DNA from: Cyanophora paradoxa CCMP329
Lineage: Eukaryota > Plantae > Glaucophyta
Direction of reading: 5' to 3'
Length of the DNA: 34,495 nt
Assembly (NCBI GenBank): GCA_004431415.1
Contig: QPMI01000124.1
Coordinates: 1 to 34,495, forward strand
The notes beneath the pieces were generated by a model, which was not told the DNA's origin, did not search any database, and saw only the letters and a list, made by a program, of their open reading frames with translations. Within the stretch, counting starts at the first letter, position 1; every line of letters starts with the position of its first letter. The position numbers and the translations under genes were made by a program. Below are positions 11,161 to 21,137 of the stretch, one piece after another.

Positions 11161-11994
11161 TTATGGAGCAGTATCCTGTCCAAAAATGGGGAAATATCGA
11201 TTTGTGCCATAATACTCAGCATAGGTATTCTGCCTTGCAATAAAATCGGTTCTCTCAGCATATAATACACACTTGTAGATACCAAACTTGGTGGCTCTCA
11301 CCAGAAACTGATAGTCTTCCAAACCGAAATTGACTCCATGATAAGCAATACCAAAATTATCATATGGGGTGATCACAACTGCAAAATTAGGAGTTCCACC
11401 CTCTACTTGACATACAGCATATACATCTGGTGGGATATCCACAACTACCTTGTAGTGGTCACCAATTTCAACAAGGGAGTCTACTACTGCTGTTTGTTCA
11501 TTTACAACAATGGGGAATATCTTTATAATGTATGGGGCATTCATGCTGGGGACATAGGTTCGAATTCTTGTATTGGGATCAATGGGATTGGGTTGATCAT
11601 TCACAAATAAAGGCGCTCCAACAGCCCCACCAACCCTAAGACCATCACCAATATAAGCTCCCCCCGATTTGCAGTTAATAGCTCCCGACCTAGATTCAAA
11701 AGAATAAGTAGACAGAGGATCTCCATAGCTATCTGGGTCTCCATAATGAGCAGAAAAGTTTGCATTTGTGACAAGTAGCTTAGTTGTCTTAACTATTCCA
11801 TTATTTTTATCACATCTGAGTTCCTGTAATCTCAGTTTGTGGGTGGAACCAAAGGTGTTCATTGTAGGTTGGACCTCTGTGGATTGGAGACCTTCCACAT
11901 CATCAAAGGTAGCATGCTGCAGAACATGGTTTGCTGGGGCAGCTAATGATAGCTGTGGTGTAATAATTCGTTCAAGTGGGGGTTGCTCAGCCAT
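11161..11994 (-). CDS. Putative fibre/spike protein, paralog 1 (shared N-terminal domain, non-C1q head)
   Basis: Shares ELRCDKNNGIVKTTKLLVTNANF and KSGGAYIG motifs with three neighbours. The C-terminus (YDNFG...G.Y...RTD) is shared only with paralog 2. Confidence 0.55.
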   Translation of the reverse strand: MAEQPPLERIITPQLSLAAPANHVLQHATFDDVEGLQSTEVQPTMNTFGSTHKLRLQELRCDKNNGIVKTTKLLVTNANFSAHYGDPDSYGDPLSTYSFESRSGAINCKSGGAYIGDGLRVGGAVGAPLFVNDQPNPIDPNTRIRTYVPSMNAPYIIKIFPIVVNEQTAVVDSLVEIGDHYKVVVDIPPDVYAVCQVEGGTPNFAVVITPYDNFGIAYHGVNFGLEDYQFLVRATKFGIYKCVLYAERTDFIARQNTYAEYYGTNRYFPIFGQDTAP

Positions 11995-12017
11995 TTTACA
12001 TTAAAGGGATATATCTT

Positions 12018-12863
12018 TTATGGGGTGGGTTCATCAATCACATCTGGCTCCATGTAAAACCCTGTTTGAGAAAGAGTATCAGGAGTAACACCTCTAAGAG
12101 CTGAGACAGCAGCTATATCTGTTCTGATACCCATAACTGTAATTGTATATTTTCCAATATCTGTAACAAACAGATCATAGGTGAAATTGTTATTATAAAC
12201 ACAGAACCCTGTGCCAAAATGATCATATCCCTGAACACTGAAATTGTATCTGTGACCTGGCTGGTTATTGTTGGCTCTACATAAAGAAAGCATTGCAGAA
12301 GGAATGACCAGCCCTCTCATTACTCTTTTGGTTCCTTCAATCAATTCAGAGTTTTCAAGTGTGACAGTATAACCTTGGTAAAATTGAATAAGTGGCTGTT
12401 GTGCAACTGGTATATATAATCGAATTCGTTGGGGGTCTTCAACATTCTGCTCAAGAGTATCTGGGACATCATTATACGAAATTGAGGATGAGAGTTGACC
12501 TGAAACTCTGCAGCCACCCCCAATAAATGCTCCTCCTGATCTCACAGTAACAGCTGCAGAATTCTTATCGAAATCCAGGGCTTTCAGATCAACACTGTAA
12601 GCATCAGGACCTCCATTTGTAGGCTGGAAAAAGTTAGCATTTGTGACAAGAAGTCGAGTTGTTTTAACCACACCTGAATTCTTATCAGCTCTCAGCTCTT
12701 TAACTCGAATAATCGAATTTTTATCAAAGGAGTTACCATTGGAATTGGGTCTCTCTGTGGATTCTAAACCACGAACCTCATCATTAACTTCATGCTGGCG
12801 AAAGTGCATTGCAGGGGATCCAAGGGAATATATTGGAAGTTGAACTCGATTATATTCACCCAT
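12018..12863 (-). CDS. Putative fibre/spike protein, paralog 2
   Basis: ELRADKNSGVVKTTRLLVTNANF, RSGGAFIG and C-terminal YDHFG...GKY...RTD. Start moved to MGEYNR (12863), which follows TAGTAAAAG and aligns with the paralog starts. Confidence 0.55.
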   Translation of the reverse strand: MGEYNRVQLPIYSLGSPAMHFRQHEVNDEVRGLESTERPNSNGNSFDKNSIIRVKELRADKNSGVVKTTRLLVTNANFFQPTNGGPDAYSVDLKALDFDKNSAAVTVRSGGAFIGGGCRVSGQLSSSISYNDVPDTLEQNVEDPQRIRLYIPVAQQPLIQFYQGYTVTLENSELIEGTKRVMRGLVIPSAMLSLCRANNNQPGHRYNFSVQGYDHFGTGFCVYNNNFTYDLFVTDIGKYTITVMGIRTDIAAVSALRGVTPDTLSQTGFYMEPDVIDEPTP

Positions 12864-12901
12864 TGCTTCTTTTACTAAGAAGGAAAGAAAAATAATGTAC
12901 A

Positions 12902-13165
12902 CTACTCTTCTGTGACATTATTATACTCGATACCTTTCTTTACAGTTCCCCTTTGGAATGCCTGTAATACAATCGCTTCCTTTGAGGTTGGTATCTGAAC
13001 TCCTGATGAGATGCAAGATTGGATCTCTTTCTGAACAATCTCATCAATTGCGATTCTTGCCCTGTTGTGGGCAGCATTATCAATCCAGTCCTGAACAGAA
13101 GCAGCGCAATATTCCATTCCCAACTTTTCGGTATCAGTCAGAACTACTTGGTATATATTCGACAT
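12902..13165 (-). CDS. Small protein resembling the hypothetical genes beside tail-fibre/C1q genes in aquatic tailed phages (possible fibre chaperone)
   Basis: LTDTEKLGMEYCAASVQDWIDNAAHNRARIAIDEIV...GVQIP...IV.QAF.RG recalls a cyanophage-type family. Recalled from memory, not verified by search. Confidence 0.55.
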   Translation of the reverse strand: MSNIYQVVLTDTEKLGMEYCAASVQDWIDNAAHNRARIAIDEIVQKEIQSCISSGVQIPTSKEAIVLQAFQRGTVKKGIEYNNVTEE

Positions 13166-13184
13166 TCTAAACTACTTGTAGAAA

Positions 13185-14207
13185 TTAAATTATGCTCAGC
13201 AATTCGCCACTAAACGTTGTGAATTCTGAAATGGAAGTATCAACAGCATAAATAGAGACATTATCCCCGGCTCCAAGTCTGAGTATTGCGCTCAAAATGA
13301 TTGTTTTGTTGGTTACTGTTTGTGAGTTGTTTACCCTGAAATTGAATTCTGTTGAAACATTCTGATCATTTACTTTCAGATCTACACTCACAGATGAGGT
13401 AACAATACTATAAGAATTAAGAGAGAATCTATAATCTCCACTTATAGGCGCTGTGAATTTCCCTTCTACTACATCAAATGAGTTGGTATTATCAAAGAAT
13501 TCATGCAACCAATTAGTAAGACGCCCATATACTCCACTTCTTGTTGCTACACCAAACCCAACACAAAATCGAGGTTGGGTTTCTTGCTTCAAATAAAAGT
13601 TTGCTGCGATTGTAAGACCCCCTGCATCAATTCGTGCGACTTCTGTGCTATTTCGTTTCAGAATCAGATCTACATTTGCTCCTGTATCTATTTCAGGTGT
13701 TTGTATCTTTGTGGTTGCGGTCATCACAGGGACTGTATAAGTAGGAACAAAAAGACCACCATTTGCATTCACAACACCTGTAAATGTTGTTGTTCCTGAA
13801 ATTGAAACATTTGTAGCTGAGAGTGTTCCATTCACAAAAGCTCCCGAACCTATCCATGCTCCACCTGATTTAACTACAAGTGCTGTATTATTTTCTGTCC
13901 CATCAAAAGTAACAATTTGTGGTGTGGTCACCCCACCTGCATCATCATAAATAGCTGCATCAGCAACTACACCACCTGGTAAAACCTGATTCTTGTTACT
14001 TACGATTAATTGTGTGGTTCGTATTTTTCCAGCATTTCTATCACATCGAATTTCCTTGCATCTGATAATTGAATTTTGAGTAAATGAATCTGCTCCTGTG
14101 GTTTCTGTGCAAATAAACCCGGGAATAGCATCTGTAACTGTGTGGTTCAGTTGATGCAATTTAGGTGCTGCATAACAGAAAACAGGAACTGCAATTTGGG
14201 TAGCCAT
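13185..14207 (-). CDS. Putative fibre protein, paralog 3, with C-terminal C1q/TNF-like head
   Basis: Shared N-terminal domain (EIRCDRNAGKIRTT, KSGGAWIG). C1q signature FDVVEGKFTAPISGDYRFS...LRLGAGDNVSI...FSGELL. Confidence 0.75.
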   Translation of the reverse strand: MATQIAVPVFCYAAPKLHQLNHTVTDAIPGFICTETTGADSFTQNSIIRCKEIRCDRNAGKIRTTQLIVSNKNQVLPGGVVADAAIYDDAGGVTTPQIVTFDGTENNTALVVKSGGAWIGSGAFVNGTLSATNVSISGTTTFTGVVNANGGLFVPTYTVPVMTATTKIQTPEIDTGANVDLILKRNSTEVARIDAGGLTIAANFYLKQETQPRFCVGFGVATRSGVYGRLTNWLHEFFDNTNSFDVVEGKFTAPISGDYRFSLNSYSIVTSSVSVDLKVNDQNVSTEFNFRVNNSQTVTNKTIILSAILRLGAGDNVSIYAVDTSISEFTTFSGELLSII

Positions 14208-14229
14208 CTATAAATTCCCAACAAAAAGT

Positions 14230-15276
14230 TTATAATCTACTGATGAGATGCCCCCCAAAACAGGTAATACCTTGTATTGTAGCATCATATTGCATGGACG
14301 ATGTCCAGGTTTGTATAACATTCACAAATTCGTTCGCATATACAGCAAAAGAAGCCTCCATATGAACACTTCGCCTTCCATTGTAAGTTGAAAATTCTTG
14401 AACCGATTGAGGGGAAAGAGCCAAATCATTCTTTCTAAATGCAACTCTACACTCCCCTGTTGATGAAGCTGTTGACATTTGAACAATGAAGAAGAATCTA
14501 TAAATTCCGGACACAGGTGCTGTAAAGGTGCCTGTGGATAATGTGATATTATTGCTTGCATCCACAAGAGTTCTGTTAAAAGCGAATCTTCTTGCTGTTG
14601 ATGTGGTTCCCACAGTAACTGCTGATGTTGAATAATTTACAATACAAAACCGAGGGTGAGGAGCTTTCAGATATTTAATTAGATTTATTGAAGGGGAAAC
14701 ATTGTTTATGGTTGCTGTAACCACTGCATTTCTCTTGATATTGAGTGCATTCGATGATTCAATTTCAGGTGTGTTTAACATTGTGGAAAAGACACCAACA
14801 CCAACTGAAAAACTACTCGCATTATATCCACCCTCAAAATTTATTGGACTCTCAAACATTCCACTTCCAGCATTTAGTATGGATGCTGTTACTGTTCCAT
14901 TCACCTTTAATGCCTCTCCAAAGTATGCTCCTCCACTCTTGACTACAAGAGCGGAAGTATTACTTGTGTTACCAAAAGAAACTATCTGTGCTGTGGTAAA
15001 TCCACCTACATTATCATATATTGCTGAATCTGGGACTACTTGACCTGCTTGAACCTGATTTTTATTCGAGATAATAATTCCTGTGGTTCTTATCTTGCCT
15101 CCATTTCTATCACATCGAATTTCTTTGACTCTGAGTATATTATTCTCTGTGAAAGAGGTATTACTTGAAGTTTCAGTACAAATATACCCAGGGGTTGAAT
15201 CAACTACTCCATGAGAGGTGCTGTGCAGTGATTTGGCTGCAAGTTCATAGTTTGGGATTTCTAATAGAGAGGTCAT
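14230..15276 (-). CDS. Putative fibre protein, paralog 4, with C-terminal C1q/TNF-like head
   Basis: Shared N-terminal domain (EIRCDRNGGKIRTT, KSGGAYFG). C1q signature TGTFTAPVSGIYRF...CFGGHLI. Start at MTSLL (15276) after TATAAAG. Confidence 0.75.
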   Translation of the reverse strand: MTSLLEIPNYELAAKSLHSTSHGVVDSTPGYICTETSSNTSFTENNILRVKEIRCDRNGGKIRTTGIIISNKNQVQAGQVVPDSAIYDNVGGFTTAQIVSFGNTSNTSALVVKSGGAYFGEALKVNGTVTASILNAGSGMFESPINFEGGYNASSFSVGVGVFSTMLNTPEIESSNALNIKRNAVVTATINNVSPSINLIKYLKAPHPRFCIVNYSTSAVTVGTTSTARRFAFNRTLVDASNNITLSTGTFTAPVSGIYRFFFIVQMSTASSTGECRVAFRKNDLALSPQSVQEFSTYNGRRSVHMEASFAVYANEFVNVIQTWTSSMQYDATIQGITCFGGHLISRL

Positions 15277-15295
15277 CTTTATATTAATCAAATAG

Positions 15296-18200
15296 TTAAA
15301 TTGCGACAGCAATGTAATGGATTGTTACAGTTTTGGATGAATTATTCATTGCATATGGATCAGTGAAAAGTTCACAGGTGAAATAGTTACTGTAAACATT
15401 CAACAGGTTCACAGTAAAAATGACGGGAGTTACTTGATAATTTGGTTCTTGTCCTTCATGCCTTACAGTTGCTGTAACAACAGGAGGAGAAGCAAAGGCA
15501 TTGGTAAAATAGATAGTAAGATTGAACACATACAGATTATTGTAATTTAAAACAGGAGTAGTGTAAACATACTTACCTGCTTGAATTTTCCCATTAAAAT
15601 ATGCATTGAGTTGACTGGAAAGATCTGCTTCTGTAATGCATCGACTGATGGTCGCATTATTTGAGGGGTTCATAGCATAGAAATTCCTTGCATATGCATT
15701 TCCACGAACAAGTAAGGTTTTATCAAAGTAATTCTGCGAATTGTGGAAGAACCATGTTTCTTCAAACATAGGTCCTGCTGGTTCTACAATCTGACCTGAT
15801 CCTACATACATTGTGTTGTTGGCTCTTATAGTGGTAGCTGTGAATGGATCCAGAGTAGGTCGATCTGTAATATCTCCCCAAAGGTGGGTGTGTGCGAAAT
15901 CTGTAATTTGGGATTTTGTATGAGTATGAGCAAAGTCTGTAATTTCACCTTTGGTGTGAGTGTGAGCAAAATCTGTAATCTCACTCTTGACATGAGTGTG
16001 TGCAAAATCTGTTATCTCACTCTTGACATGAGTGTGTGCAAAATCTGTAATCTGTGACTTTGTGTGAGTGTGAGCAAAATCTGAGATCTCAGATTTAAAA
16101 TGGGTGTGAGCAAAATTCGTGATATCTGCTCTGGTGTGGGTGTGTGCAAAATCTGTTATCTGGGATTTTGTGTGAGTGTGTGCGAAATCTGTGATCTCTG
16201 CCTTTGTGTGGGTGTGTGATCTATTATTAAGATCAAGGAAACTACCTGAGTATGCAACAGGGTGTAAATTGGATGGGGTGGGTTTATTTATGAGATCATT
16301 ATAATCTCCTGTGAAAGAGATGGTCTTCAGTTCACCCCTTCCAACATAATCAGAAGGGAGATCAATCTTAATGGGCATAATAGCTGGATCATCAGGTATC
16401 TCATACTCACCTCCTGGATGAACCACAGGAAAGGTTTGATTGCTTTCAGTATGGACAAAGAAGTTACATGCTGTTACTGTTCCATCAATTATTCCACCTG
16501 TGAGAGGGAGGTAATTGCCTGTTACACCTATACCTGCAATGATTACATTCAGCTCTGTTTCATCTATGTAGTTTTGGGCTTGAAGGTAATCCTCTGTGAC
16601 TACTCTCGAAATGCTCTCATTGTGTATGTTTTTTGCAGCCATTCTTTGATTGGCTTCCAGAACCCCACCATAATCTGTTTTAATCCATGCAAGCTCTGCC
16701 CTTCCATAATTATCATTTGCAGTTCCCACTATGGGAATGTAGGAATACTTATCTCGACTGAAAACTATCATTGGTCTTGAGCCATCTAAGCTGCTTACAT
16801 CTGCTACATGAACCTGTATAGCAGAGTTGTAATTTTGGTAGGTTGCTGGGTCTGTTGGGACTCTGAATGTATCTGTGGGAATGTCAGCCTCCATGTAGCT
16901 TGACACAAAGATATTTGGTATGGTTGCTCCTGGTGGTGGTGGGGTTTCAAAAGAGCCTGGTAATGTCCTAATATGAAGTGGTCCTCTCATAGCTGAATTT
17001 GCAAGTGTCCCATTCACATGTACATAGTGTTCATTCAAAAAGATTCTTTCTGGGACATTACAAGTCTGATAAAGAGAAACCCCCAAGTTATCAAGAGGCT
17101 CTACCTTTGCGAATTCTGGTTGGTCATTGATCTCATCCCAAGTATGTTCATGTTTGCTTGGTGGGAACTCAGTAGGTATCCCATCAATTTCTCCCCAATC
17201 ATGCCTGTGATCCTCTGGTGGATACTTTTGAGGTTTGCCTAAGATCTCATCCCAATCATGATTGTGATCCTCTGGGGGATACTTTGCAGGTTTATTATTA
17301 ATTTGTTCATAATCAGGGAAGAACTCCCAGATCTCAGGTCGAAATCCATCTGGTAACAATTCCTCATGGGGTTCATAAGGTTGCTCATAGTCAACAGCTG
17401 GTGGATCATGACCATCTGGTAAATACTCCTCATCAGGTTCATAGTTCTGTTCATACTCATATTCTTGTGGGTCAAAACCATCTGGGAGTATCTCCTCCTC
17501 ATTGGGGTCAAACTGATCATACTCATATTCTTGTGGGTCGAAACCATCTGGTAAATACTCTTCCTCATCTGGAACGAATTGATATTCATCAAGCTCTAAT
17601 ATATCGACTTCAGGAGGTAAATACTGCTCATCTATTTGCTTTCTGGGTTCAATTATAGGTTTATTGCGAACTTGCTCCCAACTAACAATATGCTGCCCAA
17701 AGGCTACATCTTCAGTTGCTGTGTATTCGCTTCCAGGCTGTTTCTTTGGTGTTAAATCGGGAGGTCCATTTGGAAATGGAATAGGGAATGGAACTGTTGG
17801 TCCATTGGGACCATAATGCTCAATTATTTCCCTTAGAGTTTTCTCACTCACAAGTTTCTCCCCATTTGCATACACATTGCTGCCATGGATATTTCGCCAT
17901 TGCCTGGTTCTAATTCCAAGGTCTTTCACATTGCTATACAAAGGCAAAAGGTGCCTATCCATTTCGACTAAATCAGGATGTAAATGGATTGCTACTGGTT
18001 GACTGGGGCTACTGTTGATTGTAATTGATGGCTTTTTTTGATGGACATCTTTTGGAGTAAAAAACCCAAAAGGCTCATTCCTCGCAAAGTCATATGTAAT
18101 ATCCTTGGGGTATACATCATTTGTGTAGGAGACCTGATTTGTGTTGGCAATGGGACCCACTTGCAATACTTGGGGGACCTCAGCTTTTGCAGTGCTGCCC

Positions 18201-18589
18201 TCATTGTAAATTCGCAAAGCTGTGTTCTGTTTGCCCTGCTCATCTTGAACATTGAAAATCAATCGACCACTATCGAACCTGGAAGGTATATCTGGGTGAG
18301 TGCCACTGGTTTTTAGTTTCCTAGGTCTCCTTCTTGTTGCTTTGATCTCTGCCACTTGGTTTGCTTTCACATTACCCAAACTAAAGGCTACACTGACATC
18401 CTCTTTATCTGGATCGGTTTGATTCACAGATAAAGCATGCTCCCTTGATTGAGTCTTTGATGAATTATCAGAGCTGTGGTCAATTGAAACTGAACCCTTT
18501 ACTTTAATATTATCAAAGTTCACATGCTTGGTGCTGCTTGCATTATCATCTTGAATGGTTTCTAGATTTGGTGGGTAATTGAAGCTCAT
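15296..18589 (-). CDS. 1097-aa fibre-like structural protein with phage-tail-type HxH repeats and a C-terminal lectin/tail-tip-like domain
   Basis: Ten HTHxKxxITDFA-type repeats, three HxHxWxEI repeats, acidic EEYLPDGFDP repeats, YLPLTGG and GDYNDLINKP motifs typical of phage fibres, and C-terminal FTNAFASPPVVTAT...HYIAV. Confidence 0.75.
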   Translation of the reverse strand: MSFNYPPNLETIQDDNASSTKHVNFDNIKVKGSVSIDHSSDNSSKTQSREHALSVNQTDPDKEDVSVAFSLGNVKANQVAEIKATRRRPRKLKTSGTHPDIPSRFDSGRLIFNVQDEQGKQNTALRIYNEGSTAKAEVPQVLQVGPIANTNQVSYTNDVYPKDITYDFARNEPFGFFTPKDVHQKKPSITINSSPSQPVAIHLHPDLVEMDRHLLPLYSNVKDLGIRTRQWRNIHGSNVYANGEKLVSEKTLREIIEHYGPNGPTVPFPIPFPNGPPDLTPKKQPGSEYTATEDVAFGQHIVSWEQVRNKPIIEPRKQIDEQYLPPEVDILELDEYQFVPDEEEYLPDGFDPQEYEYDQFDPNEEEILPDGFDPQEYEYEQNYEPDEEYLPDGHDPPAVDYEQPYEPHEELLPDGFRPEIWEFFPDYEQINNKPAKYPPEDHNHDWDEILGKPQKYPPEDHRHDWGEIDGIPTEFPPSKHEHTWDEINDQPEFAKVEPLDNLGVSLYQTCNVPERIFLNEHYVHVNGTLANSAMRGPLHIRTLPGSFETPPPPGATIPNIFVSSYMEADIPTDTFRVPTDPATYQNYNSAIQVHVADVSSLDGSRPMIVFSRDKYSYIPIVGTANDNYGRAELAWIKTDYGGVLEANQRMAAKNIHNESISRVVTEDYLQAQNYIDETELNVIIAGIGVTGNYLPLTGGIIDGTVTACNFFVHTESNQTFPVVHPGGEYEIPDDPAIMPIKIDLPSDYVGRGELKTISFTGDYNDLINKPTPSNLHPVAYSGSFLDLNNRSHTHTKAEITDFAHTHTKSQITDFAHTHTRADITNFAHTHFKSEISDFAHTHTKSQITDFAHTHVKSEITDFAHTHVKSEITDFAHTHTKGEITDFAHTHTKSQITDFAHTHLWGDITDRPTLDPFTATTIRANNTMYVGSGQIVEPAGPMFEETWFFHNSQNYFDKTLLVRGNAYARNFYAMNPSNNATISRCITEADLSSQLNAYFNGKIQAGKYVYTTPVLNYNNLYVFNLTIYFTNAFASPPVVTATVRHEGQEPNYQVTPVIFTVNLLNVYSNYFTCELFTDPYAMNNSSKTVTIHYIAVAI
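15857..16216 (-). repeat. Intragenic 36-bp tandem repeat, 10 units, encoding HTH(T/V)K(S/A/G)(Q/E)ITDFA
   Basis: Visible directly in both DNA and translation. Confidence 0.92.
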
Positions 18590-18632
18590 GGCTTTTACTA
18601 TATGGATTTATAAAATTCCTGATAAGTAAAAG

Positions 18633-20187
18633 ATGCCTCTCAAGGTCGTTTTAAGTCTTTCTGGCGGGGTGCAAGGGGCATTATCATAACCAGGCTGCTA
18701 AAAGAAATCGAAAATCGAACTGGCAGGAGAATAATCGATCTTGTGGATCTTGTGAGTGGAACTTCCACTGGTGGGATCATTGCAATAGGTTTGAATATAA
18801 GGCATCCTGATAGACCAGGTGAACCTAAACTGACAGCAAACGATTTACACAATATTTACCTAACTCAACTGCCTTTGATTTTCGCAAATCCTCGAAATAT
18901 CATTGAAAATGCCCTATTTAACACAAAGTATGATGTGGGACCCTTGGAGACTGCAATCAATTCAGTTACTGGGGAATCACTAATACAGGATTCCCTAAAG
19001 GACATTGTGATTACATCTTTTGATACTCAGAATATGAAACCAATATTTATCACAAATGATAACAATTACAACTTTATGCCCTGTAAGATTGCTGCTAGGG
19101 CTACTTCTGCTGCTCCTACATACTTTTCACCTGTAAGCATTGTTGATTTCAATCGGGGAGTATATGTCTGTCTCATTGATGGTGCCATTTCGGGAAACAA
19201 TAATCCCAGTGTGTGTGGTTACAGCCATGCAAAGAAGATTTACAGTGATGATGATGACATTATAGTAATAAGTATCTCTTGTGGAGAGGTGGACCCACAT
19301 TTAGAGTCTGATTATGTGGGTTATGCTTATGAGACTGTCAACAGCTGGGGCATTCTCTCATGGATTGCCTCAACAGATGGAAGCCCATTGATTAACATGC
19401 TCATGGCTGCAAGTGAGCTTTCTGCCCTTGATAAGATGGAGGAGTTGTTACCCTACAACTATGATCAGGATTATGGGAGATACTATAGGTTATCAGTACC
19501 TCTTCCGAATCACATAGTAAGCTCCCTGGATGACACTTCTAAAATCCCAGATATGCTTTCTTTCACAGAAACATACATAGCAGCAAACAATGATATGATT
19601 AATAAGCTTTGCAGCATTCTAGTAGCAAACTATGAATTAAAGAACCCTACAAAGGCTTACATCTCATCCACTCTCACTACATCACCACCTTTGGATGCTA
19701 ATTGGTATCAGCTTGCAGATGATGCCTTCACTGCCTCATCCTCTGTGACTGGTAAAGAGCCTTTCATGGCTAGACCTTCAGCATTTGGCTGGGAAGCTGG
19801 AGCCTATGCTCCTGAGCAGATATGGGAACCCCCACTGAATACCTTCAAGTTGCTTTTCCATATACTTTTGAACTCTCTTCTGTGATTGCCTATGGATCAG
19901 GGGACACCAATGCTTTTATTAAGACTTTCAATGTGGCAACATCCACTGATGGGATCAACTGGTCTTTTATTCGATCAGATGGGCAAAACAAAATATATGT
20001 CTGTGAGAACATTAACAATGCTCACAACTCAGGTGATGTGGCTCTATTGAGTGGATTTCCTCTCAGCATCAAGGATGCTTTTTACATAGGTTTTTCTCTC
20101 AGAATTAAATATATTCGCATTTATCCCCTTGTGTATGTGAATGCTCCCACAATGAGAGTTGACTTTACAGGTGCCTTTATTCGATAA
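18633..20187 (+). CDS. Patatin-like phospholipase fused to a C-terminal F5/8-type C (discoidin) domain; two apparent frameshifts
   Basis: ATG at 18633 gives MPLKVVLSLSGG; one extra G restores GGGARG. GTSTG nucleophile, ATSAAPTYF and IDGA motifs follow. After a shift near 19825: YLQVAF...STDGINW...YIRIYP...MRVDFTG (discoidin). Confidence 0.82.
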
Positions 20188-21108
20188 ACTCCAACTGAAA
20201 AGAATTATCGATTCCATTCATATCAATCAGTTCACCAAAGTAATCTTTAAACTCAACTGTGAGTTCCCTTATCACCAGGTTTCTGTCATTTATCTGAATG
20301 AATTCTGCATGTTCACCACTATGGTAAACATAGCCACCTATATCCTTACTCAATTGCAATCTAAGGATTGCCCCCTGGTTATGTGGTTGCGATTTCGGAA
20401 TTATATTGTGTCTGCTGGCAAAAGGGGCAAGCTCTTTAATGTGCATGTATAGATACTGCTCAGCATTCATATCAGACATCTTTCTGCTGTCAAAATAATA
20501 TTGCAAGGGCTTAGATGAGAGTCTGGGTCCTGAAAAGGTGGTTCCCCATGCTGGGTGATCAGGTGTAATAGGTTTGCCATCATACTTTAACAGGTTCTCA
20601 GGTCGATAGGGTGATCCACCAACAGGAGGAGTGCTATAATACCCATTGGTGTATTCAGTAGAACTCACACCCAAAAGCTTCCCTATTCTCTGGTTGCTTG
20701 CAATAAAACGAAACTCATGGTTACTGTAAAACTCCACTTTATAGGTAGTTGGGTTATAGAATATCTTGAACTCAAAAGCTACTGTTTTGCCTGCAATGGT
20801 TTGGAAGCTTGAATAGTTCAGCCCATAATTATAAGGGTGTGTTACCCAAAATGACCCTGATTGATGTAGCCACTGGGAAGGGGATACACTTGTTGTGTGA
20901 TCACTTGGTTATATGAACCATCTTGGTAATTAAACTGAACTGTTAGATGATCAGTTCCCACACTGTTATAGATGCTGTTTGGAATCTCTGCATATAGAAC
21001 CCTGCATTCCCTTGGTCTCTCTACTGGAGTTGTGAGGGTGACCCTGTAAGAGTTTTCATTTTGTCCTTGGCTTCTATCCCTGCTATCAATATTAACGAGC
21101 CGGTTCAT
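20177..21108 (-). CDS. Minor capsid protein (penton) 1, frameshifted near 20840
   Basis: N-terminal VNIDSRDR...AEIPNSIYN and C-terminal LTVEFKDYFGELIDMNGIDNSFQLEF are typical single-jelly-roll penton termini of PLVs/NCLDVs. Confidence 0.78.
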
Positions 21109-21137
21109 TTTAATATATAAATATAGATAAAAGAAGA

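Noticed and set aside
11161-15276. Diversity-generating retroelement or invertase shufflon acting on the fibres
   Set aside because: No reverse transcriptase, no near-identical TR/VR pair, and no recombinase or inverted crossover sites are seen. The paralogs are diverged at the DNA level.
10932-18316. Plus-strand and alternate-frame ORFs overlapping the minus-strand structural genes
   Set aside because: They are shadow ORFs without motifs, lying over well-supported genes.
10445-18589. Bacterial prophage or contaminant, suggested by speD and tail-fibre repeats
   Set aside because: No terminase, portal or HK97 capsid and no evident Shine-Dalgarno pattern. The linked core genes are Polinton-type and the flank has spliceosomal-type introns.
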